63,103 nucleotides of DNA, filler included, from Sphacelaria rigidula (GCA_964200075.2; 9 parts of 9 records of this genome joined end to end with filler, not necessarily neighbours in it); one strand, 5' to 3'; positions 49,688 through 63,002 are shown, numbered from the whole stretch's first letter. Numbers and translations: made by a program. The notes: generated from the sequence alone by a model not told the origin.

Positions 49688-52600
49688 CTAAATAGGTTGC
49701 GTTCGTTTGCAAGTTCGGGGCGCGAATGATAAAGTTGCTCGCAAGGTTACAAGGCAATGAGGTGCAACGAAGGCACACATCGGGTCGTTTTTGACATGCT
49801 TTCGGCAGACACAGCACTATAATACGAGAACGGAGTAAACGCCGCTAGATTGGTCACTATCAGTATGTGGCATATATGGCTGCGGAAATGTGAAGGGGTG
49901 TCTGTCGGTGTATGTTTTTTATAGCCAACACCGAACATTGGCCACTCAAGACTTCCAACACCAAACCCTCTGTACGGCGTTGATTGCGAATACAGCGGGG
50001 ATAATCACATGTAATCGGTGATCTTTTTCACGCACATGAATAAACTAAACCAACCATCGAACTGTTGGTGAGTTAGATGGCTGCTCGCTTGCTTGCTTTG
50101 GTTCTGTTTTGTTTTGGAGGGGGGAAGTCGGTGTGAATTTCGGCACGTAACTCGAGCCGACAGATGACGTACAGAAACAGCCACTATAGACCCCCCCCCC
50201 CCGATCATGAGAGCACAACAAGATCACAGCACGCATCAACAAACGCGAATGAACGAACAAAAAAAAACAAGCATGTTGCCAAAACCGTCTGCCCCCAAGT
50301 GCACACGCTTCTTTCCCCGTATCATGCGCGCACGCTGCACAGTGCTCTAATCCCGAGTTGCTCCTAATTTATTCCGCTTTGACATTACGGTTTGTCGCTC
50401 ACCTCAAACCGTCCCGCTTTCGAACCTCGTTGCGATTTATCCATTCCATTCCAGCGATCCAGCAGACCATTCGTGAACTCTTTTAAAGAGATCACACCGT
50501 CGCCTCTCGTATCCATCTGGATGAAACGGAGGCACCGACCCATTCAAGATGAATGTAAGATCAGTTGGGTTTGGCCATGCGGGGAACAGACAGATGACGA
50601 AGAAAAACCTCGTGTTGTATTTTGTCGTTACCTCACGCCATGTTTCATGCTTTGGTGACAACAGTGCCCAAAAAGGAGTTGTAATTCTCGACCTACGCAT
50701 CGTATTTCAGTGAGATTTTCGATTCATTGATTGATTGTCGCACTTGAACTGACCCCCCAGGGGTTCAGCGGTGGTCGCATGGCCGCATGTTCACCGTGAC
50801 TGACCTCAGTATACTTGCAACAAGATATCATAGAAGGGCATATTCCCTTCCGAACAAACAAACACAGTCGCGCATCTGGCCACCACGCGATCAACGATGG
50901 CAGCAACAAGGCTGCTGCAGACATTCATCGTCTGCAGACTCATAATACAGCATCATGAAACTGACTGTCATGGATATCGCTATTCCATGGAAATATACTC
51001 ATGTATCCAGAAAGCACATTTACCATGCTGCCAAGGCTCCGCCAATCCTGGCATCGCCTACACAAAACTCCCACGAAGGCTTTTCTCGTCGTGAGCAGGC
51101 AGCATGCTAGTTGACGCGGTTCTCAGGAGAGGCTGACTCTCTTTCCGGCGAGAAACCTACGTGTGCTCCACACTACGTCCACGAACGCAGCCTCCGTGCG
51201 CAACAAGGCCACAAATACTGTCATCACTTTAGCAGGAGACAATCCGACAGGCGGAACCATACTGGTCTCATGGATACACTCATCGGTTGATATGTTGATT
51301 GATCGAATATCGCACATCAACTCATGTACGACAAATCAATCAATCGAATCAAATCAATCGACGCATGTCCGAGCATGAATGTAGGAATACAGGAAGCATA
51401 TACCATAGGTGCTACACAGCGTGCAGCACCCGGGTAAGCAAGAAACGAGGAGCACGCATCCTTGATTTTATTGTAGACTGAGGCCACCACACCTCCGGAA
51501 TCTTTGAGGTTCAAAATACATGATCGAGGTATTGCGGAGAACGGGATCATGCGGCGCTACGGGACCTTGTCTTCTGTGAAATCGAGGCTGGAGGTCTTCC
51601 CAGACCGAGTGCTGGACTTGACCGGCCTGACCGGAGTACTTCCATCATACATAACACATCTGCTTGCTGCATGCCATGATCCGACAGCACGGTATCTAGA
51701 CCGTACTGGTTTCTTTCAGACTTGACACACAATTTTGGAACATGGGGGAGGAGTGACGGGAAACACATTTGCATATATATATATATATATGGGAGCTGGG
51801 CCAGCCATAAAATGTGCATATACCGGGCACAACATAACTTTTGTCAGTTTCCCGAATTAGCCTGGTGTATTGTTCTGTGTAAGTGTATCGCTGTCAGCTG
51901 CACAACAACCTGGTGACGCACGCTCTGCCGCTCCTCTTGTTTTTTCAAATGTATTGCATAATATATATATATATAATAACCTCAACGACGGAACAGGTTC
52001 CACTGATGAAAGAAGAGGATATGTCAGGATTCGAACTCGTTGCCTACATAACTGGAGTCTCCTATGTCACTCAGATTACCAGGGCGCAGCGGCATCACAC
52101 AAGAAGTTGCATACGCAGCCTAATTCTAGAACTTTCGAGCAGAAATTTTACGAGGATCTTCTACACGAAAATTCAAAAGTCGTGCTCTTCGGATCAATCA
52201 AAGTGCGACGATCAAATCGAATCAGTCAAAAAGCTCGAAGCAGCAATCCTTTTTTTTTTCAATTCGCGGAGTTGTGAATCTATCTGCGTTCATGCTGAAA
52301 TTTCAACTTGCTTTAACTCTCCATTTTCTTTTTTCTTTGCTGCTTTGAAAATGTTACACGTATTGAAAAAAAAAATCTCGGGTCAAAATTTCAGAGACGA
52401 ATCCCTAATATCAAGCGGCGCCTCATCTGCCGACCGCGAATAGGAGCTGTTGGCTGGCCCAGCTCGCATAGATTTCTTCAAATACGAATCTATGAGTACA
52501 ATGTATATCGAGATTTCACGCTGCTTTGTCAAAGTCGCCATTCTCACAGCCCATAACGTTCAGCGATCACCAATGGTTGAAGTCGGCTCTCATGCATGAC

Positions 52601-54190
52601 GTGCCGATACGCTCACTGGAGAAGCTTACGAAGTCTCGGAGCAAGGCTTGACCCGTGGTCGTCATGCTCCAGCCCATGGTGATGCAGGTCTCGAGTTTCC
52701 ACCTTACTCTCGGCGCAGTTCGATCTTTGGGCCACGAACGGTGTGAAAACTTGACATCCGTCACAACGGGCAGCAGCACGACAGCTGCGATTTCATAATA
52801 GTTTCAAGACTTGCTAAAATAGGCTGCTCCTTGAATGGTCCGGGATATGTCACGTAATAGATCTGTACCTGATTACAACAATCGTTGGGTGTGGAGTGTT
52901 TGTGCTTTGTGTAGATGTAGAATATGTTGCACAGCGACATGAAAACACAAGCACATCGCCACCTGAGCAGGTAGGATTTTTTACCATATGCATCAACTTG
53001 TGAACACAACCCAATCCGTCAGATGCGGCCCCATATACTTGAAAACGTCGGACGATAGGTCCATCGCTCACCTGAAGGAATATGAGCTCAAGGTCTTTGA
53101 TCTGCGAGGTGTCGTATGAGTAGGCCACCAGCTCCATAGCAATCCTAGAAGGGTTTTGAGCGGCGAAGGGGACAACGAACACAACCGAAGTGAGAATACG
53201 TATATGTTGTACGATGATACTATCATGAGAAAAAGGACATGGGTTATACATATAGTCCAACTTCACAGTTATTACTTAATTAGTCGGGGTTTCGTGGACA
53301 ATTTGTCACCTCAACCCGAAGCTGCGAGAGTCGGTAGGCGTTGACAAAAAAAGCAGGTCGTGCTCGCGACACATTACCCAATTCTGTGTTGTCGGAAAAA
53401 CACAGAGTAAAACACCGTTTATCGAGGGGGTGTTACTGATTGTTTATTAGTAAAAAAACACTTTTTGTCCGGATGTGGCGGAATGAATATCCATGAAATG
53501 GAAAACCTGGAGGCATAGAAGCGTCTTCCATAACAGCCCGGATCGGTTCGGTCGAGCGAATATATCAAAGAGCGAGTACCGAGGTCTATACACTCGTAGG
53601 ACCCCCATGACTGGTGAGCCCGTGTCTCATTCGAAATTAGTGGTGGGTTATTTTTTTGGTTCGACTCATATGTCTCGATTCCCAGCGTTTGGGATCAAAC
53701 AGAAACAGCATGAGTCGTGGTGACCGAACAACCTGGAAAGTCGCTTTCGATCGAAGCTGTAAAAGTGTAAACTTATACTACTGCGGTGTTGAAGTACCGC
53801 GAGTCGCTTTCGGGACAAAGTTGCGTGAGTCCATCCTGCCCCATGCCAACGAGTGTGCGGCGAGAAGCTGAAGCAATGCACCGCTTTGGCGTTCGCGGCT
53901 GCTCCAGGTCATGTTCTGATGTGGACACATCTGCTTATTACATACAACCATCGCGAGTATGAATCTCCGTTTTTCTTGCTGTCAACGTTTCACCACACGC
54001 GTACGACCCGACCTCGTAACCCCGTCTCGTACACGTCACTGCCCATCCCTGCTTCCATATTTCAAATATTATAGTTACATGCCATGCTCTCAACGACAGT
54101 ACACAGATGCTGCTTTTGACATATTTGCTGAGCTGTGCATCCGTTGCCTCCTCCCGGTTCTGCGCTGGACCACACATGTCGGTTACCTAC

Positions 54191-54390
54191 CTCTTGAAAG
54201 AATTGCCGTTCTGGTAGTTCATCATGGCCCTCATAGCATCTTTGGTGAGAGGCGTTCGTTCCATGGCGCGCGCCGCTCGCGTCAGCCAGGGGTGCTGATG
54301 TGCCCCCGCCGCCGTTATTCTCTTTTTGGGGTTTTTGACTAGACATTTTTCGATGAAGTCTCGACAGAGAGGAGACACGGTCTTCCACAC
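54191..54390 (-). CDS. CDPK/CaMK-family kinase exon: subdomain XI and junction/autoinhibitory segment
   Basis: CAG|VWKTVSPLCRDFIEKCLVKNPKKRITAAGAHQHPWL..MRAMMNYQNGNSFK(R)|GTAGGT, in phase with the upstream exon. Confidence 0.9.
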
Positions 54391-54451
54391 CTGTTCCGAG
54401 CGAAGAAATAAAAAGGGGAAAAAGAGAAAGGAAAAAACAAGAGGAGGGGTG

Positions 54452-54492
<41 letters not shown>
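54452..54492. repeat. (AAC)n microsatellite in the kinase intron
   Basis: Read directly from the sequence. Confidence 0.95.
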
Positions 54493-54896
54493 AATATAGA
54501 AGGAGATGAGTGCTATGAATAACGCACTGGAGTTTTCACGTGTTTTGTTGTGTTTCATCACGCACTCTTTGTCAGCGAATCATTCGGTGACGGTTGTCGA
54601 AACCTCGTTTCTAAATTGTCAAACATTGTCTCCCTATGCACGTGTGTGCGTGTGCTGCGGCGTGTGTCATAAGATCATGGCGCTGTTGATTTGTGCAGCC
54701 AGCTATTCTCCCTTCAATATGTGACCAGCACAGCGTACTCGTACGTGACAGAGGGGAAAAAAAGAAGAAGCAAACGCGCAACAGAAGAAAAGGTACTCGT
54801 ACTCATGAGTGATGCTTTATACTCCGTCAATTTTCTCCCTTCCGCCCCTTCCCGCCCCCCCACCTCCCGCTCGCCCCCCGCGCGCCTCACCCTCAC

Positions 54897-55052
54897 CTCT
54901 TGAGGGAACTTGAGATCGGAATACTTGATCATATTCCCGCATATATCTGAGTTCTTGCTAAACCAAGGGAACTCCCCGCTGACCAATGCGAAGGCCATCA
55001 CGCCAACCGACCAAAGGTCGCAGGCGAGCCCGTGCCCAGCCACCTTCAAAAC
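54897..55052 (-). CDS. CDPK/CaMK-family kinase exon: subdomains IX-X
   Basis: GCAG|VLKVAGHGLACDLWSVGVMAFALVSGEFPWF..IKYSDLKFPQE|GTGAGG. Contains the DLWSVG motif; 156 nt, phase 0/0. Confidence 0.92.
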
Positions 55053-56221
55053 CTGCTTGAACGGACCCAGCGATGGTGATAGCAGCCGCGGCCGCGGCGG
55101 AGGGGTAAGGGGGAGCGGGAGGTCGAGATAAATGCAGGGAAAAATATCCAGTAGAGACTCACTTTTGATCGCGTTTCACACATTGGCGCGATAGATATGC
55201 TCAGAAACGCATCAAACAATCTTCGATATCTATGTGAGACTCATCGCAGTAAGTGTTTTTTCAACACCCCGGACGATACATTGCATTCGGAAAAAGTAGT
55301 TACTTCGTACAGTAGTAGTATCAACATTCAGTATTTATTGCAAATAGACAATATATGAGATACTGTATGCAGTACACCTTTCGCCAGTGTCAACTGTTAT
55401 CCAGAGTGTGCTCTATTTTCGTTGACCATAAACGGGGCTCAAACCTCCTCTAGAACACACTTGTGTGTTTTCCAAATGCCGGACTACACCATGGTTAGTC
55501 TGCTATACGGTGAAACCTCAGTGTTTACGCACAAGGGGCAACCATTATGATGTCTCTTTCCTTGTTTTCTCTGCGATACTCTTGCGCTCAACGCCTTCCC
55601 TTCCCTTCCTGAGAACAACTCCACAGTCCCAAGCGATGAACCGACCGGTGTTTTCCCCGGTACTGGATGTGCCTTCCGCTTTCAGTATCGAGCATTGAAT
55701 CAGCAGTCGCGAACCTCGTCGACCTTAGGCAAATTTCATTTTCTTGCCGGTACAAGAGCACGCCCGACCCTAGCAAGCCAAACCCTATCCTATACTAGTT
55801 AGACAAACTACGATCAAACTATCATCGCAAGATATAGCCTGGAATGGCAAATATGTCATACCATGGATAATAGCAATACTAAAGATTACATTGTCGAAAA
55901 GTGTACTGCGCGCAGAATCGGCTAAAAGTGATCTATCCTTCCGTTTCGACGTCTCCACATTGCCTCTGCCCACTCGTTGATCTCTTTTTCGAATTCTTCG
56001 TCGAACTTCGTGGTTGTTTGTGGTGCTCCTAGTTTACGGTAGTGCTCGACTAGCACTTCTCTCTTCCTCTTCGAATTACTGNNNNNNNNNNNNNNNNNNN
56101 NNNNNNNNNNNNNNNNNNNNNNNNNTTAATTAATTAANNNNNNNNNNNNNNNNNNNNNNNNNNNNNNNNNNNNNNNNNNNNTATGAGCTATTTGCTGAGT
56201 AATATTGCCACTCTTCTACAT

Positions 56222-56325
56222 GAGCCTGGTCCGGCGAAATCCTGGTGTGCTCCGTCCCTGCTTTGTAGGGATGCGAGGTCAATGGTCACATGACTATGGC
56301 ATGCATGATTATGAGTACACCCCCC
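56222..56325 (+). mobile_element. 3' ~100 bp of family B element
   Basis: AGCCTGGTCCGGCGAAATCCTGGTGTGCTCCGTCCCTGCTTTGTAGGGATGCGAGGTCAATGGTC..ATGAGTACACCCCCC. Confidence 0.85.
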
Positions 56326-56745
56326 TCCTCCTACAAAAGAAAAGTTCGAATATCTGTGATCACCCTCAAAGTATTATCAATCAGGGATGACTTGGACGCG
56401 ATCTGGGGTAATATCATGTCCAGCAACGTATCAAGCCGGGAACATCGAAAATCACAAACAAGAAACAATACCTTGTTGCGATAACACACTTACGGTGAGC
56501 CGCCATCTGACGAATGCGTGTTTCGCCGCTTCGCTATGACCAACCTATCTAAAAAGCCAAACACAAACACCGTTCGGCTATCGTCTGAGACTCGAGAAGC
56601 AGAATTTGTCAGATAAAACTGCGAGTATAATCATTTCCGTATCACGGGGTACGTGAACTCCCCCAGTATGGAATCGTGCCCCTTTTATATGTAACTACTG
56701 TGTTGTGACGATGCTGTTTGTTTTTCCCTTCTTTGTTTTTCGCAG

Positions 56746-56925
56746 GCAATCCCATGGCTGTCGCATGTGTTGCAAAGCAGGCAGCAAGTTCAGCAAAGGA
56801 AGGGGCAGCGCTCGGGCGGCGGTGGGGGCGGCGGCACCGCCCACCTGCCCCCGGGTGCAGTGCCGCCGGGAAGAACCCACGAGTTTAGAACAAACGGGCC
56901 TCCGTCCAGCGTTACCGAGAGCCAG
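56746..56925 (+). CDS. Probable GC-rich exon, possibly of the Tudor-domain gene
   Basis: Polypyrimidine tract plus CGCAG| acceptor, 180 nt open in two frames, CAG|GTGAAC donor. Confidence 0.5.
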
Positions 56926-58030
56926 GTGAACGAGCTGCTTTGGTGGACGGAAAAACATCCCTTGACAAAAAGTTCCTTGAAGAATTCTTTGCATGTCCCT
57001 AGAGGTACAGGGGGATGAAGAAGTAATTATCCATACGGAAGGTTCACGTCTGACTGGTGCATGATTGGATTGCTCTTCTTTTTTCACTGTGGGTTCAATG
57101 ATGAATATTATTTCGGCGTTCGGTCCGTGTCCTCGAGACGCAAGCGACTTGTTTTTGGAAGCGTTTGTATGCATCAGCTTAGGAGAAGGCGAGGTATCAC
57201 ATAAACTGTGTTGGAACTATTTTAAAGTGTTTCGTTTGTGTGTTTTTTTCATAGGAGAAGTGGCTTGCACCGTCCCAAGGTATGAATTGCAAGCGTAAAC
57301 TTGTGCCATTGTGCGTGCCAGACACCAACATCAGTGTCCGGCGAAATATGTGGGAGGGTCGCAGCTTGTGGTTTTGTCAGAATCGAGAATGCCATGGGGA
57401 CACTGAGTATAGATTGAGGCTTCAAAAATCACGTCGTCCTACAGGTCAAAAGACTCACACGAGTTCGTGCGTCTGTGTGTATATCACGGTTGGTGGCCTG
57501 TAAGTGCACATGCTCACTCCGCCCGGGCTTTGTATTTGACGGGGTCGTGGTAAAGCTGTGACCCGTGGAAAGTGTGTTGTACGTGTCGAAACGTTGTGTG
57601 TTGTCAAAAGGACTGGATACGAAGTGTTTTTGCTTGTTGTATAGGTCGCGAGTGATTCCGGATTTGATTCAACATATCGTGTGTGTATCCATGGAAGAGG
57701 CGGTAGCGTTTGTGATGTACGTTGCGCTGCAAGGAGTGGACGAGTCGTCCTTTACTTTTGTCGTTGGTCGGAAGCTTTTTCTTTTTACATTGTGTGTGTG
57801 TGCGTATGCCCGTGGTGAACACGGTCGCATTCGTGCTGTGCTGTACGTTGCGTTATCAAGGGTACGCTGGCTTTTTTCATTAAACGTTCGTGAAAGTCAC
57901 ACTTCTGACGGCGTCGTTCGCAACCTGATCACACGCACACACCAACATTTTCATGGACAGTGAGAAACAAACGTAACCGCGCCCCGCGCACGATGCTTAC
58001 CGTGCTCGCGTTTTCAGTCCGCTCCTGTAG

Positions 58031-58155
58031 CATGTTGGCACGAGACGACCATGGATATTATCGGGCACATTGTGGGCGGAGGAGATATCGGATCTGTTGC
58101 TTGCGGCTACGATAGCGACGATGATCCTGAAACGTTGGTCAACAGACGCATCAAG
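58031..58155 (+). CDS. Exon encoding the start of a Tudor domain
   Basis: CTGTAG|..CWHETTMDIIGHIVGGGDIGSVACGYDSDDDPETLVNRRIK|GTGAG joins in frame to 59861. Confidence 0.8.
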
Positions 58156-59579
58156 GTGAGCAAAAAAAGACGCACAGTACTGTACCATGTCTTCATGCCA
58201 CAGGAAAAGTCATTACCCCACTCGCTCAGCAATTGCAAGCTGTCGTCTTGGCATTTGTCTGCCTGGCAGTTGCCGACACACTGTGTCGTGTCCGCTATAT
58301 GTGATTTGAAATTAATATGCTCGATTTGAGGTAATCATGAACAATTTTGAGCATGAGCCATGCCCCAGGAAAACTACAGGAGTTCTTTCTCGACCGGTAG
58401 CTCGCGCACACGCTGAAAACGAGGGAGGCACGAGGATTCTTTTGGCTAGCTTTTGGCCAAGTATTGGATTCGGCAGGTGCCCCACGAAATTGACATATTT
58501 ATTCTCATTCTGTCAACCTTGTACGTTGAGGCCATTTCGTCGCCGCTCTTCAATACCGTCGTTCGGCGTTTGCTGTTGGGGAGCAGCCTGCAAGATCCTG
58601 TACCAGAAGCCAGTCCACTGTCTTCAATTTCGTCGGGCATTTTTGTTGGATAATTACTCAACTCCACAACATCACATGTCCCTCTGTCCGTACCTGGTCG
58701 TCGCATATTTTCTTCCCCAATGATGTGTAGAGGCGTGTTTGCAGTGCGGTTCCATGCGATGTCCGAGCTGTGCATTAATTCTTCCAGGGCTAACCAGCTA
58801 TACAACAAAACTCCCCCCCCGGATTCCAAAATATAGTACATGAACAAACACCACGTAAGGCGCTCTGGTTGACATTCGTTGAAAGAAAACGGTACCTACC
58901 CAGCTTTGCAGCGAAGATATCAGTAATAAATAGCCGAAAACGAAACAACAGCCATCGACGCCCACAAAAAGATGAGAAGGCGGTGGCGGTTGAGCGCGGT
59001 ACAGGAAATAGTACGTGGACGAAATAGTTGCAACCAAGCTGACGCGTGTCTGATCGCCTCATCCCTAAGAGAACGTTTTGAATACAAAATGTGCACTCAA
59101 GGTGGTCAAATAAAAATGTTGAAAAGAAAACAACACGTGTGTCAGGTCTCCGTGGAAGCCTTGTTCTCACGGTAGCCCGCTATTAACGCGACGGCACTTG
59201 TGACAGCCTCGCTCGCTCGCTTGCTCGACCGGGTTGGTCCGCCTTCCAGACCCTACAAAAATTAATGCGAAGCGTGTTCATGTCGGAGCACGAACAAAAT
59301 AACTGACAGGCTGTAAGCATGAAGGACAAAGCGAAAAGTGGAGGATTCTTGGTTTGATGAGTCCACACATGAAACAAACCATCATTTTAAATGTGCAACT
59401 GGGGTGCGCAGGGTGACGGGGGGGGGAGGGGGGGGGGGGACGCGTTTGTTGTTTGTTTTGGGCCTTTGGCCGTTGGCCGTGGGTGTCTATTCACCCCTTT
59501 CGTGGCGGGCCCCCCGTNNNNNNNNNNGTGGGTGATGAGATGATCGCTAACAGCACGGATGTTGAGGGGGTGGGGGGAG

Positions 59580-59583
59580 GGGG

Positions 59584-59626
<43 letters not shown>

Positions 59627-59776
59627 TACTCGTTTGTTGCTTGCTTTGGCCATTTGACCATTGACCATGATTGACCATGCACCCCTTTCGAGGCGGAGCA
59701 CCGTTCCTACTCATAATAGAGACACCTCCAACATGTGGGCGCTCATCACGGTTCCTCCATACATGACACATTATAG
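59580..59776 (-). mobile_element. 5'-truncated LINE family A copy with ~46-nt C tail inside a 16-bp TSD, intronic
   Basis: G-tract 59580-59625, then a body homologous to 14120-14255. GAGGGGGTG(G/T)GGGGAG at 59564-59579 and 59777-59792. Confidence 0.88.
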
Positions 59777-59860
59777 GAGGGGGTGTGGGGAGACTGGACT
59801 TGCCACTGTACCCTTCCGCACACGTTACCTTTTTGACAAATGCGCATGATTTTGGTACAG

Positions 59861-60032
59861 GTGAAGTGGAAAGACAACATCTGGTACCCGGGGACGGTGA
59901 CCGTCTACAATCCCGACAAGCATCAGCACAAAGTTCTGTACGACGATGGAGATGTGAGGTGGTACGACTTCAACGTCAAGACGTGGGAACTTTACCCGCC
60001 ACCCTTGAAGCCCGCTGCAAGCGGGGGTTCTA
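59861..60032 (+). CDS. Tudor-domain exon (PDS5/MSH6/Agenet-like Tudor pattern)
   Basis: TACAG|VKWKDNIWYPGTVTVYNPDKHQHKVLYDDGDVRWY. Together with the previous exon this gives LVNRRIKVKW..WYPGTV..Y....H.VLYDDGD. Ends at the GTAAG donor (60033) or at the stop at 60043. Confidence 0.85.
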
Positions 60033-62558
60033 GTAAGCGCTAGCTGCTGAGGGCGCCCCCCTTGCCTTGTACGCCGGAGTGACTGTGCACAACGACCTGC
60101 ATAGTTGTTGAGGCCTCTTGTCTTCCTGGCGGGAACTGCGTTTAAGCGAGGAATAGGCTTGGCGAGGATCTTCCGTGTATGGTCAGTGTGAGACCTCACG
60201 ATGACATGGTTCTCTTCCGATACGCGTGATCGGCTCGGCGGTGGCAATTATTGAGGCTACAGCTTTTGAGGTCACAGTGGCCGTGAGCTGGGAGCGATAA
60301 GGGAATTTGATTTTACGAAATGCAAGCTCTTCCCTTTGGCCCCTCGCGGAAGGCGAGCCAAAGCGATTTTTCCGGATTAGTATTTTTTGTTGTGTGTGTT
60401 GGTGCCTCTCTTGCCTCTCTTGCCTCTCTTGCCTCTCTTTCCTATTTTTTTTCTGGGTGTACAGCAGCAGTAGCGAAGTCTTGCCTGCCCTGCAGAAGTA
60501 CAGGTACATACATATTGACATCATGTGCGACGACAGATCGCGCGCAACGTATTGCACGTTTCTTCACTTTACTGTGTGTCAAACCGCGGGTGCAGGCAGG
60601 CAGGCGAGTTGGTCTCGTGACGCTCCCTTTGAAGTGAGGATGAGCGCAGGACATGAAATATTGGGCAGTCCCGTTGTGGTTGAGCTGACGGTGACGGCAT
60701 GGTGATATTGCTGTCCTATGATGAGCTCGCTTGTCGGGATAATTCCTTGATTTTGTCTGGAGATAAGACGCTTTTCTCATGTGTTGTTTTGCGTACATCA
60801 TTTTTTTCCTTACAGTACGCTGTCCCCACGGAAAATCTCGAATCATTTACTCCGTATTTATCTTGTTTTTCTGCTTGTGTTGTGGTGTCTATGCACGTGA
60901 GTGAAAAGGATCTGTGCTAATTTTGTTGGCGATTGGCTGTACGCGCGCGCTTTTTGTGTGTCGCAGCGTGGATCCGTAACGAGGATGAATTGCAGTAGTG
61001 TAGCGCGGATTCTTGTGGTGTCCGGTGTCTAGTGTGACCGTTTTGTGTGTGATGCGGTGGCTCACGTCACACGCCGTGCCATGTTGGGCTTTTTTCTCTT
61101 GTAGGTGTTCATTCTGTGGTGCAACGTGCAGGATATCTCGAGGCTGAAGCCTGTCGAGTCAAGTGAGCGGGTGTTCGTGTGCACGCAAAAACCATCATTG
61201 GTACCGTGCAGACGGCACGGTCGAGGTTCGAGTCGGGGCGTGGGGGTTATCTGCGGGCGACGTTGGGGCCGGGGTAATCAGTATTCCATTTTGTGAAGTT
61301 TATTATTGCGATATTTATGCATCCTTGAACGACGAAAGAGAGGAGACGGCCGCTGACTGAAAATGTGATTCTCTTCTCTGCGGGTTTCCGGCAAGCTCGA
61401 TTCTCAATCGAACTTGATATTTTTTTCAAGTAATGCTGCAAGTTTTATTTGACGCAACACGATTCTTCAGGCGGTATCGGGTTATTCGAAACCTTCGGCA
61501 TTTTCGAAGCTGGTTGTCGCGTGTCTGCTGTTCGCTCTGCAATATGCTGTATCTGCTATTGAAATTCATGGAGTGAAGCTGGGTTTGAGCTGCAGAGGTT
61601 GACATAGAGCATGCATTCATTTGCGTATCGACAAGGCGATATTATCGACTTCACCATCTTCACAGCGACCACGAGCATCAAGTTGGCTCGTAGCCTCTCC
61701 CTCTCTCCGCCACCTCTCACTACAATACATGCTACATACAGGGTTCAAGCAGAAAATTCTACGACAGTCGTTGTACACGCTGGATCTGCTTTTACGTCCG
61801 GTGCAATCCAAATGTAGCCGAATTAACGGTAAAAAGTCATGTGTAGATGTACGGGTCGTTATACAAAAATGATGGAACTGAAATCAGTTTTTTTCGTTGT
61901 TTGGGCTTCATTTCCCTTCCTTAGTTTGCAACAGCACAGGACAGTAACTGCAGTAGAGCGAAGAAAGTATGAACCCAGCATCATCGACCATATTTTCACA
62001 AGCACCAAGTAATTCATCGAGCAAGCACTCTGTATACCTTTAAAGGGAAGCGGCAAGCACCCCGCCACTTGGGTTCGCACGCGGGAGATGACTGCTCACG
62101 TTTCTCGTACCTTTTTCTGATGTTTTGTGTGTAGAGCGCTTGGTTGTCTCCGGTGTTGCACGTGAACAACTTTCAACGCATCTTTCTGTCGCGGTACCGG
62201 CTGCACGTTCTGTTCCGCAAGATGGGGCAGCTCTGGCCAGCCAGTGGCGCCGTCTCTGTACACACTGCTGTTTATCACATTAGCCCCTTTCCAGCAACCT
62301 AGCGCCCGTGGTCACGAAGTTATGGTCCATAACGAGAGAATACAAGGGAATACGATACGAAATCATTTAATGATCAAACACCCATGAACAGCAAGACACG
62401 GCGCCCCGACTGGCGGGGTTCTACAAACACGTGAAAGGCGAAAAAGGAAAGCACACGGAAATATAAGTGCGGCTCGAAAGAAAAACTGAAGAAGAAAAAA
62501 CCCATCGGCTACATGGTGCGCGGGCCGTACATGAGGGACATGGTACGCGGGCCATACA

Positions 62559-63002
62559 AACACGGGATCTTACAAATTGGGGATGGATCTTTTAGTGGGA
62601 ATGAGAAACCCGACGGATTAAAATCTTCCTATCCACACCAAATCTTCGAAATACGGTTCCATTTCTTCACCTACTGATAGCTATTGACAACTGCTACATG
62701 CCATAGAAATGTGGATTTCGATCACCAAAATGTTGGGGCCCTAGGTGAAAACCCAATTTTGGGGAATTCCGAGTGTCCGAACGGACGCCAAAATGGTTCC
62801 GAAATTGGTTTTTCACCTAGGACTCCGATATTTCCGTGATCGAAATCTAAATTTCTGTGACGTGTAGCAGTTGTCAATAGCTATCAGTAGGTGAAGAAAT
62901 GGAACAATATTTCGAAGATTTGGTGTGGGTACGAAGATTTTAATCAGCTGGATTTCTCATCCCCAATAAAAGATCCATCCCCACTTTGTAAGATCGCGTG
63001 TT
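62559..63002. mobile_element. Palindromic ~445-bp MITE, copy 3, 4-bp TSD TACA
   Basis: AACACGGGATCTTACA...TGTAAGATCGCGTGTT, with TACA at 62555-62558 and 63003-63006. A further fragment starts at ~63072. Confidence 0.95.

Noticed and set aside
52560-53270. P-element-like transposase relic (QVYGAASDGLGCV)
   Set aside because: Only one vague motif is present, with many stops and no second catalytic motif found.
19467-60043. Functional cluster of mitoferrin, CBS, kinase and Tudor genes
   Set aside because: Each lies on a different concatenated contig.
60590-60705. Filamin-like exon (HEILGSPVVVEL)
   Set aside because: The motif is too short, and the acceptor and phase are ambiguous (GCAGGCAGGCAG).
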